Positions 1 to 10,669 of a stretch of DNA of 64,000 bases are shown here, piece by piece. Made by a program: the position numbers and the translations under genes. Each line of letters begins with the position of its first letter. Positions within the stretch are counted from its first letter, which is position 1. The notes under the pieces are model-generated. The model was not told where the DNA came from. It saw only the letters and a program-made list of their open reading frames with translations, and did not search any database. The DNA comes from Acidimicrobiales bacterium (lineage in GTDB: Bacteria > Actinomycetota > Acidimicrobiia > Acidimicrobiales > RAAP-2). The stretch is from positions 4,148-68,147 of the forward strand of contig JBEKRV010000015.1 of NCBI GenBank assembly GCA_049517675.1. The letters run 5' to 3'.

Positions 1-69
1 ATCGCCCGACGCCACCGGGACGTGTGGGAACGGGTCGTGCGGGAAGGCGCGGTCCGACGTGGCGGTTGA
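1..69 (+). CDS. 3' end of an unidentified upstream CDS (partial, runs off window start)
   Basis: Frame 1 is open from base 1 to TGA at 67-69 (..DVWERVVREGAVRRGG*). It overlaps the GTG start of the next gene by 11 nt. Too short to identify. Confidence 0.25.
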   Translation: MARRHRDVWERVVREGAVRRGG

Positions 70-1243
70 GCCCGGGTCGACACCCGGGGGAGTGCTCCGG
101 GTCGCGCTCGATGTGAGCGCAGTTCCTGAACGGCCGGTGGGCGCGGGTCACTACATCCTGCAGTTGGCCGGGCAGCTGTCCATCCGGCCGGACATCGACC
201 TGGTGCTGGTCTGCAGGGCCGGGGACCGGGCCCGCTGGTCGACCCTTGTCCCCGACGGTGACCTCCTGGCCGCGGCTCCGGCCGCTCGGCCGCTCCGCCT
301 GGCCTGGGAGCAGCTCCGGCTCGGTCCGCTGCTGAGGGCCTCGGGTGCCTCGGTGCACCACGGCCCCCACTACACGATGCCCCGGCGACCACCGATCCCG
401 TCGGTGGTCACCGTCCACGACCTCAGCTTCTTCGATGCACCGCAGTGGCACGAACGGTCCAAGGTCGCCCTCTTCCGGCGGGCGATCACCCGGGCAGCCC
501 GGGAGGCAGCCGTGGTCGTGTGTCCGAGCGAGACGACCGCCCGGTCGTTGCGACGGTGGTGCCGGGTCGATGCCGAGCTGGTGGTGGCCCCCCACGGAGT
601 GGACTCCGGGAGGTTCCGTCCCGAGGAACCCGCTCCCGGTGCGGACACGGCCCGTCTGTCCCTGGTCGACGAGCGCCTGGTCACGGGCCGGCCCCTCCTC
701 GTCTTCGTCGGAACCCTCGAACCGAGGAAGGACGTGCCCACGCTGGTCAGGGCGTTCTCCGCGGTGGCATCACTCCATCCGGAGGCGCTGCTCGTACTGG
801 CCGGAGGACGGGGGTGGGGGGCGGACGACGTCGATGCAGCCGTCATCGCGTCGGGGTTCGGGGCGCGCATCGTGCAGACCGGGTACGTCGACGACGACAC
901 GATCCCGGCCCTCCTGCGGTCGGCAGCTGCCGTCGTCTACCCGTCGCTCTACGAGGGGTTCGGCTTGCCTGCCCTCGAGGCGCTGGCCTGCGGAGCCACG
1001 CTCGTCACCACCAGCGGCACGGCCATGGAGGAGGTGGCGGGGGAGAGCGCGCTGCTCGTGCCGCCCGGTGACTCCTCCGTCCTGGCCGAGGTGCTCGACG
1101 GCATCCTCAGCGGATCCGGTGACGACCGGGCGGGATCGAGGCGGCGCTCCCTCGGGTTCGACATCGTGGAGCGGCACACGTGGAAGCGGAGTGCCGATGT
1201 CCACGTGGGCGCCTATCGGACGGCGGCCGGGTCTCGTAGGTGA
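59..1243 (+). CDS. Glycosyltransferase family 1 (GT4-like, GT-B fold)
   Basis: 394-aa ORF. The C-terminal motif EGFGLPALEALACGATLVTT...LVPPGD is typical of GT1/GT4 enzymes. GTG start. Confidence 0.85.
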   Translation: MAVEPGSTPGGVLRVALDVSAVPERPVGAGHYILQLAGQLSIRPDIDLVLVCRAGDRARWSTLVPDGDLLAAAPAARPLRLAWEQLRLGPLLRASGASVHHGPHYTMPRRPPIPSVVTVHDLSFFDAPQWHERSKVALFRRAITRAAREAAVVVCPSETTARSLRRWCRVDAELVVAPHGVDSGRFRPEEPAPGADTARLSLVDERLVTGRPLLVFVGTLEPRKDVPTLVRAFSAVASLHPEALLVLAGGRGWGADDVDAAVIASGFGARIVQTGYVDDDTIPALLRSAAAVVYPSLYEGFGLPALEALACGATLVTTSGTAMEEVAGESALLVPPGDSSVLAEVLDGILSGSGDDRAGSRRRSLGFDIVERHTWKRSADVHVGAYRTAAGSRR

Positions 1244-1301
1244 GACCTGCAGGCCGGGGGCCGTTCTCCCCTTGGGTGCCCAGCCGATAGGGTGACCCGT
1301 C

Positions 1302-2201
1302 GTGCGCTCCTTGATCACCGGTGGACGCGGCTTCGTGGGAACGTGGCTGGCCGAGCATCTCCGAAGCCGCGGGGACGACGTCGTCCAGATCGACCAGGAG
1401 GTCGAGATCACCGACCCCGTCGCGCTCTTGGATGCGGTGTCCGCGGCCGCGCCCGACGCGATCTACCACCTGGCGGCGATGACCCACGTGGGACAGTCGT
1501 GGGACGAGCCGCTCCGGGTCTTCGCGGTGAACGTGCTGGGGACCGGTGCCCTCCTGGCCGCCGCTCGCGAGTGCGGGAGCGACCCCACCATCCTGGTGAC
1601 GAGCTCCGCCGAGGTCTACGGGGCGGTGACCGACCCTGCGATGCTGCCGCTCACCGAATCGTCCCGGACCGCCCCCCTCACCCCGTATGCCGCCTCCAAG
1701 CTGGCCGCCGAGGCGCTGTGCACCCAGGCCTGGCTCGGCCACGGTCAGCGGGTGGTCGTGGTGCGGCCCTTCAACCACATCGGACCGGGGCAGTCCCCGA
1801 ATTTCGCCGTGGCCGCGCTGTCGAAGCGCATCGTGGACGCCGAGCGCTCCGGCGCATCCGAGATCCCGGTCGGGAACCTGTCCGCCCGCCGTGACTTCAC
1901 CGACGTCCGAGACGTGGTCCGCTCCTACCGCTTGCTCGTCGAGTCCGGGGAGCCCGGCGGCGTCTACAACGTCTGCTCGGGGCGCGACGTGTCGATCCAG
2001 GAGATCGCCGACCGCCTCCTGGCGGCAGCGGGGAGTTCGGTCCGCTTGGTCCCCGATCCGGCGCTGATGCGCCCGATCGAGGTGCCGGTGCTGCGTGGGG
2101 ATCCCGGACTCCTGACGGGGACGACGGGATGGACGCCCGAACTCACGCTCGACCAGACCCTGGCCGACGTCCTGGCCTACTGGCGCGCCTCCCCGGCCTG
2201 A
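1302..2201 (+). CDS. NAD-dependent epimerase/dehydratase (extended SDR, GDP-sugar dehydratase/reductase-like)
   Basis: 299 aa. Rossmann motif TGGRGFVGTWL at the N-terminus and catalytic YAASK (YxxxK). GTG start at 1302. Confidence 0.85.
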   Translation: MRSLITGGRGFVGTWLAEHLRSRGDDVVQIDQEVEITDPVALLDAVSAAAPDAIYHLAAMTHVGQSWDEPLRVFAVNVLGTGALLAAARECGSDPTILVTSSAEVYGAVTDPAMLPLTESSRTAPLTPYAASKLAAEALCTQAWLGHGQRVVVVRPFNHIGPGQSPNFAVAALSKRIVDAERSGASEIPVGNLSARRDFTDVRDVVRSYRLLVESGEPGGVYNVCSGRDVSIQEIADRLLAAAGSSVRLVPDPALMRPIEVPVLRGDPGLLTGTTGWTPELTLDQTLADVLAYWRASPA

Positions 2202-2298
2202 CCTGGTCTGACCGGTCCCGGGTGGGTGCCCGGCCCCCGAGGGTGGTCGCCCCGGGCCACGGTCGACACGCTGGTCGACCGCTCCTTGTGCGGACGCG

Positions 2299-2329
2299 GA
2301 GAACGGCCCACACGTGGTGGGCCGTTCTC
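2299..2329. terminator. Strong hairpin between convergent genes (bidirectional terminator candidate)
   Basis: Perfect 13-bp stem GAGAACGGCCCAC / GTGGGCCGTTCTC with a 5-nt loop ACGTG. It lies in the 232-bp gap between convergent CDS. No clear U-tract. Confidence 0.5.
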
Positions 2330-2387
2330 GCGGGGACCGAGGGGGGATTCGGTCCGGTTCGACCGGGTCCCGTAGGGCCCTGGTCCG

Positions 2388-2421
2388 GGTGCCGGGGTAG
2401 GCGGGGTTCCGCCCCGGCACC
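2388..2421. terminator. Second GC-rich hairpin in the convergent gap
   Basis: GGTGCCGGGG ... CCCCGGCACC (10 bp) with an inner GGCGG/CCGCC stem, followed on the + strand by AGCCTGTTTCG. It sits 13 nt from the stop of the minus-strand gene. Confidence 0.35.
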
Positions 2422-2433
2422 AGCCTGTTTCGC

Positions 2434-2835
2434 TCAGGCGACGGTGGTGGGGCGCATCGAGCGCAGCTGGGTGCGTGCGTCCTTGGCCTGGACGTGCGCC
2501 TGCTTGGCGATTTCACGGGCCTGGGCGGGCAGACGGTCCTCGAAGGGAGCGAAGACGGCCTCGACCCGCTCGATGATCTCCTCGACCCGGTCCATCAGAT
2601 CCTCGACCTTGGTGTCCACGGTGCGGACGGCCTCGGTGAGGTCCCCACGAACGGTCGACACCCGATCTGCCACGCCCGACGAGGGCTCGTGCAGCTTCGC
2701 CATGAGCTCACGACGCTGGACCTGGGCCTGCTGGAATCCGAGGACCCCTGCGCCGATGACGACGTAGGTGGCGTCCTTCGCGACGTTGGCGATGTCCTTG
2801 GCTGCCTTGGAGATGTCGGTGTTGATGTCGGTCAT
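2434..2835 (-). CDS. Coiled-coil protein of unknown function (phasin/HbhA-like helical protein)
   Basis: The track ORF is 259 aa. I chose the ATG at 2833-2835 because AAGGAG lies 6 nt upstream, giving 133 aa (MTDINTDISKAAKDIANVAKD...). The product is an Ala/Glu/Arg/Val-rich helical protein. The upstream extension of the ORF is Arg/Gly/Pro junk. Confidence 0.7.
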   Translation of the reverse strand: MTDINTDISKAAKDIANVAKDATYVVIGAGVLGFQQAQVQRRELMAKLHEPSSGVADRVSTVRGDLTEAVRTVDTKVEDLMDRVEEIIERVEAVFAPFEDRLPAQAREIAKQAHVQAKDARTQLRSMRPTTVA

Positions 2836-2926
2836 GCTGTGCTCCTTGTGTCGGTTACGTGCTGACTCGTGCCGTTCCCACCGTGCCGGTGCCTCATACC
2901 GGGTCCGGTCACCGTGTTCGAATACA

Positions 2927-2955
2927 ACTGTATACGCAATGTTAAACAGTTGCAA
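2927..2955 (-). promoter_or_regulatory. Predicted promoter of the coiled-coil gene
   Basis: On the minus strand: TTGCAA (2950-2955), a 17-nt spacer, then TACAGT (2927-2932). It sits inside the only AT-rich island of this intergenic region and is overlapped by the inverted repeat CAACTGT(2925-2931)/ACAGTTG(2946-2952). Confidence 0.4.
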
Positions 2956-2995
2956 GCACTCCGCGATCACCCCGCGAACACAAGACGAGACGATG

Positions 2996-3063
2996 CAACC
3001 CTCCGGCGACCACCCGGCAACCTTCCGCCGACCACCCGGCAACCTTCCGCCGACCACCCGGCA
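2996..3063. repeat. Tandem direct repeat array: 22-bp unit x2.6, resolvable into about six 11-bp subunits
   Basis: CGACCACCCGGCAACCTTCCGC occurs at 3007-3028 and 3029-3050, with a partial copy at 3051-3063. It is preceded by the related 11-mer CAACCCTCCGG (2996-3006). The two halves of the 22-mer match each other at 7 of 11 positions. Confidence 0.9.
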
Positions 3064-3197
3064 GTCGGGCGTCGGGCGGTCGCCGGACACCCGGAGTGCC
3101 GTCTCTGGCACCGGCCGGAGACCCTCCTCTGCGGGCCGGTGATCCGAGGCGGTATGCCCCGTCACCCACCCTCCGGCCCGATAGCCTCTGACCCCTG

Positions 3198-6100
3198 ATG
3201 GAAACACTGGCACCGCCGGTTGTCGCCGTCGTCGTCACCCACGATCCCGGTGCGTGGTTCGAGGAGACGCTGGCTTCGATCGCCTCACAGGACTACCGGG
3301 AACTGTCGGTGCTGGTGTTGGACACAGGTGCCTCCCCGGACCTCGCCGCCCGCGTGGCGGCCGTCCTCCCATCGGCCTACGTGCGCCACTTCGAGGAGAA
3401 CCGTGGATTCGGGGCCACCGTCAACGAGGTCCTGTCGATGGTGGACGGCGCCGCGTACTTCCTGGTCTGTCACGATGACGTGGCCCTGTTTCCCGACGCC
3501 GTCCACCTCCTGGTGGAGGAGGCGTTCCGCTCGAATGCAGGGGTGGTCTCCCCGAAGGTGGTCAGCTGGGACGACCCGGAGCTGCTCATCCACGTCGGGA
3601 TGAGTGTGGACAAGGGTGGATCGGTCGTCGATCGGGTCCAGCCGCACGAGATCGACCACGGTCAGCACGACGCCGTCCGCGACGTCTTCGTGGCACCGGG
3701 GGGCTGCACGCTCATGCGGGCGGACCTCTTCGACGAGCTCGGCGGCTTCGACCCGACCATCGTGGCCATGGGGGAGGACCTCGACATCTGTTGGCGGGCC
3801 CAGGTGGTGGGGGCGCGGATCCTGGTGGCCCCGGACGCCCGGGTCCGGCACCTCGAAGTCCTGGCATCCGGCGAACGCAGCCTCGATCCGTCCCTCTTCG
3901 CCGCCGCGGACTCTGGCCCTGGTGGCGGAGGATCGGATGGCGGGGAAGACGAACCCGTCGTCGACGCGAGCTCCGATGCGACCGCCGTCGCACCCCCGGC
4001 CGTCCGGCCGCCGCGTCACCCGGTCACCCTTCAAGAGCTCCAGCGGCGCCACGAGCTTCTGGCCGTGCTCAAGTGCTACTCGAAGACCCACCTCGTCCGG
4101 GTCCTTCCCCAGGTGTTCGTCCTCGCCGTCGCCGAGATCGTCGTGGCCGAACTGGCCGGCAACCGGACCCGTGCCCGGGCCGTGGTCCGTGCGTGGCGAT
4201 GGAACTTCGGCCGCCTGGGGGTCATCCGGACGCAGCGTGCCGAACTGCAGGCCAAACGGCGTGTGGGCGACAAGGAGATCCGCCTGCTCCAGGTGCGGGG
4301 CAGCGCGCGACTCACCGCCTATATGCGGCGGGTGTTCCAGTTCGGGTTCCACGGTGCTCATGCCGACGAGCTGGCGGCGGCGGAGGCGATCGGTCCGACG
4401 GTCCCGGTGGAGGAGGCCGCAGAGGCGGAGGCCGGCGCCGAGCAGACCGAGGCCGGTCGGGTCAGCGGACAGGCACGTCTGGCCGTATGGCTGACCGCCA
4501 CGCTGATCGTGGTGATCGGTTCGCGCGGGGTGCTGACCGGTCGACTTCCCGCCGTGGGCCAATTCACCCCGTTCCCCTCGTGGTCCGCCACCCTGTCGCA
4601 GTTCTTCACGGGGTGGCACCCGTCCGGGGTGGGCACGACGGCCCCGGCGGCACCGGCACTGGGCATCGCCGGTGTCCTCGGCACGGTGCTGATCGGATCC
4701 ATGGGCCTCACCCAGAAGGTCCTGGTCTTCGGATGCCTGCCGGTAGGGGTCTGGGGCGCCGTGAGGCTGTTGCGACCGTTCGGCTCGCAGCGGGCATCCC
4801 TCGTGTCCGGGCTCGCCTATCTCGCCATGGCACTGCCCTACGACGCCCTCGCCCTCGGTCGCTGGGGGGCCCTTGTCGTGTATGCCGGTGCGCCGTGGGT
4901 CCTCGCCTCCCTCGTACGCTCCACGGGACTCGAGCCGTTCGTCCGGCGGGTGGAGGTCCCGCTGCCGCCCACCGGAGCGGGGGCGGGACCCCCGGCACCG
5001 GGAGGCGCCTGGGCGTCGCGGCACGGTCTCCTCGGTGGTGCCCTGGCCCTCGGCGTCCTCGAGGCCGTCCTCATCTCCTTCGTCCCGGCGGCGGCTCTGG
5101 TGGTCCTTCTCGTCGCACTCGCCGTGGTGGCGTCCTCGATGCTCTTCCGTGACGCCGCCTCGACCGGTCGGGCCGTGCGGCTCGCCCTCGGCTCGACCGG
5201 TGTCGCCCTGGTGATCTGCCTTCCCTGGTTCGTCGGTGTCCTGAGCTCGGGAAAGGGCGTCCTCGCCGTCTTCGGCGTGCCGACACCGACGTCGGGCGCT
5301 GCGTCCTGGGGCTCGCTGCTGCGGTTCGCCGTCGGGCCCATCGGTGGGTCCCCCCTGGCCTGGGGATTCGTCGTCGCGGCGGCGGCCCCCCTCGTCCTGG
5401 CCCGTGGCGTCCGCTTCCGGTGGGCGGTCCGGTTCTGGACGATCGCCCTCGCCTTCTGGATGGCCGCCTGGGTGATCGGGCGGGGGTGGACCGGCGGGCT
5501 GGCGGTCGACCCCCTGGTGCTCCTCGGACCGGCGGCGGCGGCAACGGCGGCCTCGATCGGCCTGGGCGTCGCCGCATTCGAGCGCGACCTTCGCAAGGCG
5601 GAGTTCGGGTGGCGCCAGCTGACCACTGCCGTGGGGATCCTCGCCGTCGCGCTCGCCTCAGTCCCGACCCTGGTGTCGGCGCTGCCCGGGCGTTGGGAGC
5701 TGCCGGTCAACGACTTCTCGCAGGCGCTGGACTGGATGCACGCCGACACGGCGACAGGCGCCTTCCGGGTCCTGTGGCTCGGCGATCCCCGCAGCCTCGA
5801 CCTCGGCGGGTGGGGGGCCGGCGACGGCCTCGCCTACGCCACCTCGGAGAATGGACTGCCCGATGCCAGGTGGCTGTGGAATGCCACGTCGCCCGGCCCG
5901 GCCGCCGCGTTGGGTTCAGACGTCGATCTGGCCCGTGCCGACCGGACGGACCGCCTCGGGAGTCTGATCGCACCGGCCGGCGTCCGCTACGTCGTCGTGC
6001 TCACCTCCGTGGCTCCCGAGATCCCGGGCGAGCAGACCCCGACCGTGTATCCCGTTCCGAGTGACCTGCTGCCGGCCCTCGGGCGTCAGCTCGACCTGAG

Positions 6101-6650
6101 CCAGGTCCTGTCCGGTACCGGCATCACCGTCTTCGCCAACGCCGACTGGATTCCCCAGCGGGCCGAGGTGCCCGGCGCCCCGGGGGCCGCTGTCCCCCTG
6201 GTCTCGGTGCTGGCGGCCGCCCCCGGCGTGCCGATCCTCCCCGGGGCGGTACCCGTGCTTCCCGGTCCAGCCGCCGCCCGATCGTTCCGCGGGCCCCTGG
6301 CGACCGGCACCGTGTTCGCCGCGGTGGCACCGGCCGGCAAGTGGGTGCTGGTCGGGGATTCCGGCGCGGTCGCCCGGCGGTCGTCCTCCTTCGGGTGGGC
6401 CGCCCGGTACCGGGTCCTCTCGACGACCACCGGCACCCTCCGGTTCGAAGACGGCCTCCTTCCCCTGGTGATGGGGGTGTTCTCGATCCTGGTCTGGGCG
6501 CTCGCCCTGGTGGCCCTGGTGGATCGGCGACGCATCCGGCGCGAGTGGGAGCGGGTGGGACGACCCCGCAGCTGGTCCACCAGACGGTCGTCGCACCCGG
6601 CCGAGACGCTCGAGGACGCCTGGTCCACCGACGAGGGGATGTCCAGGTGA
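3198..6650 (+). CDS. Glycosyltransferase family 2 fused to a large polytopic membrane domain
   Basis: 1150 aa. The N-terminal GT-A region has VVAVVVTHDPGAWFEETLASIASQDY, VCHDDV and GGCTLMRADLFDELGGFD. An acidic/Gly linker follows, then about 700 aa of hydrophobic helices and a C-terminal TM segment. Confidence 0.85.
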   Translation: METLAPPVVAVVVTHDPGAWFEETLASIASQDYRELSVLVLDTGASPDLAARVAAVLPSAYVRHFEENRGFGATVNEVLSMVDGAAYFLVCHDDVALFPDAVHLLVEEAFRSNAGVVSPKVVSWDDPELLIHVGMSVDKGGSVVDRVQPHEIDHGQHDAVRDVFVAPGGCTLMRADLFDELGGFDPTIVAMGEDLDICWRAQVVGARILVAPDARVRHLEVLASGERSLDPSLFAAADSGPGGGGSDGGEDEPVVDASSDATAVAPPAVRPPRHPVTLQELQRRHELLAVLKCYSKTHLVRVLPQVFVLAVAEIVVAELAGNRTRARAVVRAWRWNFGRLGVIRTQRAELQAKRRVGDKEIRLLQVRGSARLTAYMRRVFQFGFHGAHADELAAAEAIGPTVPVEEAAEAEAGAEQTEAGRVSGQARLAVWLTATLIVVIGSRGVLTGRLPAVGQFTPFPSWSATLSQFFTGWHPSGVGTTAPAAPALGIAGVLGTVLIGSMGLTQKVLVFGCLPVGVWGAVRLLRPFGSQRASLVSGLAYLAMALPYDALALGRWGALVVYAGAPWVLASLVRSTGLEPFVRRVEVPLPPTGAGAGPPAPGGAWASRHGLLGGALALGVLEAVLISFVPAAALVVLLVALAVVASSMLFRDAASTGRAVRLALGSTGVALVICLPWFVGVLSSGKGVLAVFGVPTPTSGAASWGSLLRFAVGPIGGSPLAWGFVVAAAAPLVLARGVRFRWAVRFWTIALAFWMAAWVIGRGWTGGLAVDPLVLLGPAAAATAASIGLGVAAFERDLRKAEFGWRQLTTAVGILAVALASVPTLVSALPGRWELPVNDFSQALDWMHADTATGAFRVLWLGDPRSLDLGGWGAGDGLAYATSENGLPDARWLWNATSPGPAAALGSDVDLARADRTDRLGSLIAPAGVRYVVVLTSVAPEIPGEQTPTVYPVPSDLLPALGRQLDLSQVLSGTGITVFANADWIPQRAEVPGAPGAAVPLVSVLAAAPGVPILPGAVPVLPGPAAARSFRGPLATGTVFAAVAPAGKWVLVGDSGAVARRSSSFGWAARYRVLSTTTGTLRFEDGLLPLVMGVFSILVWALALVALVDRRRIRREWERVGRPRSWSTRRSSHPAETLEDAWSTDEGMSR

Positions 6651-8212
6651 CCGGCCCGCCAAGGACGGACCCGACCCCATCCGATCCGGCGGGCGCGACC
6701 GGAGCCGGGGAGGCGGTGGTCGACCCGGGAGCAACGGGAGCGGTGCTCGTCGAATCCCGGGTCGCCCGACGGCGGCGTGCGCAGCGCCCGGTGACCGGAC
6801 GCACCACGGCGATCGCGGCGGCCGCGGTCGTGGTCTTCGGGGTGGCCCTGGCGGCCGCACTGGTGCCACCTCCCGGTACGCCGACCGCACCGGCCGCCGG
6901 CGACGGGGTGACCATCTCCCCGGCCGACGCCCGTTCCTCGTCCTTCTTCTGTGCGACCGGGGCGGGCGTCGACGCCGGATCGGGTGCGACCGGTGTGGTG
7001 GTGCTGACCAACACCAACCACACGACGGCAACGGGCGTCATGTCGACGGTCGGGACCTCCGGGGGCCGGGCGGTCAGGCATGCGCTGACGGTGCCGCCGC
7101 TCGGGTCGACCGAGGTCACGCCGGGCGACGGCCTGCCGGCGGGCGCCACGGCCTCCACCTTCTCGTTCCTCGGCGGCGGGGTGACCGGCACGGCGATCAT
7201 CACCGGCCCGGCGGGATGGAGTACGGCACCTTGTGCGTCGGAGGTCTCGTCGCAGTGGGACTTCGCCGGGGGCTCGACCTCGTCGGGTCTGCTCGACCTC
7301 TCCCTCTACAACCCGACCGCCGCTCCCGCAGTGGTCGACCTGACCTTCCTGACCGCGTCCGGGAACGTGCTCGACCCTCAGCCGTACCAGGGCATCACCG
7401 TGACCCCCGGGGCGCTGGTCGTGGAGGGACTCGGCTCCTACGTGCAGAACCAATCGGTGGTGGCGACGCTGGTGCAAGCGTCGTCGGGATCAGTCGTGGC
7501 CACCGAGCTCGACCAGATGGCGGTGGCATCCGGGACCGGCCTCGCGCTCCTGGCCGGAACGCCGGCCCCGGCCGTCACCTGGCGGTTCGCCCAGACGACG
7601 GCGGTCCAGGGCGGGACGGTCGAGCTCGACCTGGCCAATCCGGGAACGTCCCCGGTGACCGCCGAGGTCTCGGTCGGGCTGCCGGGGGCCTCGGTGGAGC
7701 CCCACCAGGTCCCGTTGCCCGCCCTGACCGTGGTCACGTTCGGCGCCTCCTCGGTGGCGGGGTGGCCCCTCGGTTCCCCGTACTCCGTGACGGTCACGGC
7801 GTCGGCACCGGTCGTCGTCGGTCGCACCGTGACCGCTCCGGCCGGGGCGGCGGCACCACAGGGTGGGATCGCCATGGGGACGACGACGACGGCCACGTCC
7901 TGGCTCGTCGACGGCCCGGGTGCCCCCGGGAACCCACCGGTGTCCGGTGCTGCCCGGGACAGCCTGGCCGTGGTCAATCCGGGTTCGGCGCCGGTGAACG
8001 TCACGGTGACACCCCTCGGCGGGAGACGGCCGGTGGCCACCTTCCGGATCCCGCGCAACGGCACGTACGTTCTCGGCGCCGGCCTGGCGGGGGGGCTCCG
8101 GCCCCTGGTGGTCGGGGCCTCCGGCCCGGTCGGGGTCGAAGCGGACAGTGGACCGTCCGGCGCTCCGGGGTCCGTGTCGTCGGCCGGATTCCCGTTCGGC
8201 CCCGGGTCATGA
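6647..8212 (+). CDS. TM-anchored extracytoplasmic protein, DUF5719-like partner of the large GT2
   Basis: The GTG at 6647 overlaps the GT2 stop (GTGA) in the frame of track ORF 6341-8212. It has an N-terminal Arg cluster and a TM helix (TAIAAAAVVVFGVALAAAL), then a Thr/Val/Gly/Pro-rich domain. The family name is from my memory of actinobacterial synteny and is unverified. Confidence 0.6.
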   Translation: MTGPPRTDPTPSDPAGATGAGEAVVDPGATGAVLVESRVARRRRAQRPVTGRTTAIAAAAVVVFGVALAAALVPPPGTPTAPAAGDGVTISPADARSSSFFCATGAGVDAGSGATGVVVLTNTNHTTATGVMSTVGTSGGRAVRHALTVPPLGSTEVTPGDGLPAGATASTFSFLGGGVTGTAIITGPAGWSTAPCASEVSSQWDFAGGSTSSGLLDLSLYNPTAAPAVVDLTFLTASGNVLDPQPYQGITVTPGALVVEGLGSYVQNQSVVATLVQASSGSVVATELDQMAVASGTGLALLAGTPAPAVTWRFAQTTAVQGGTVELDLANPGTSPVTAEVSVGLPGASVEPHQVPLPALTVVTFGASSVAGWPLGSPYSVTVTASAPVVVGRTVTAPAGAAAPQGGIAMGTTTTATSWLVDGPGAPGNPPVSGAARDSLAVVNPGSAPVNVTVTPLGGRRPVATFRIPRNGTYVLGAGLAGGLRPLVVGASGPVGVEADSGPSGAPGSVSSAGFPFGPGS

Positions 8213-8297
8213 TCCGGTGCCCTCCCATCCCACCCGGGACGGCCGGATTCCCGTCCGGACCGGTAGGACCGGGACGGTCCCGATCAGTAGCGCCGTC

Positions 8298-10553
<2,256 letters not shown>

Positions 10554-10669
10554 CCCATCATGCTACGCGCCGCCGGGAGGCGTTGACGCATCGCGCCGCC
10601 CGATCGCGCCGCCCGACGGCTCGTGCGACCCGGTGCCCCGCCCCAGGGTGGGATCGGTATCGTGGGGGG

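Noticed and set aside
2351-2370. tRNA-like TTCGA loop (GGTCCGG-TTCGA-CCGGGTCC)
   Set aside because: It has a 7-bp stem and a 5-nt loop rather than a 5-bp/7-nt T-arm. No D-arm, anticodon arm or acceptor stem surrounds it. It is just one of several GC-rich hairpins in a convergent gap.
2996-3063. CRISPR array or mobile-element terminal repeats, also considered for 17835-17885
   Set aside because: The repeats are contiguous with no spacers, are far shorter than CRISPR repeats, and have no cas, transposase or integrase genes nearby. I report them as simple tandem repeats instead.
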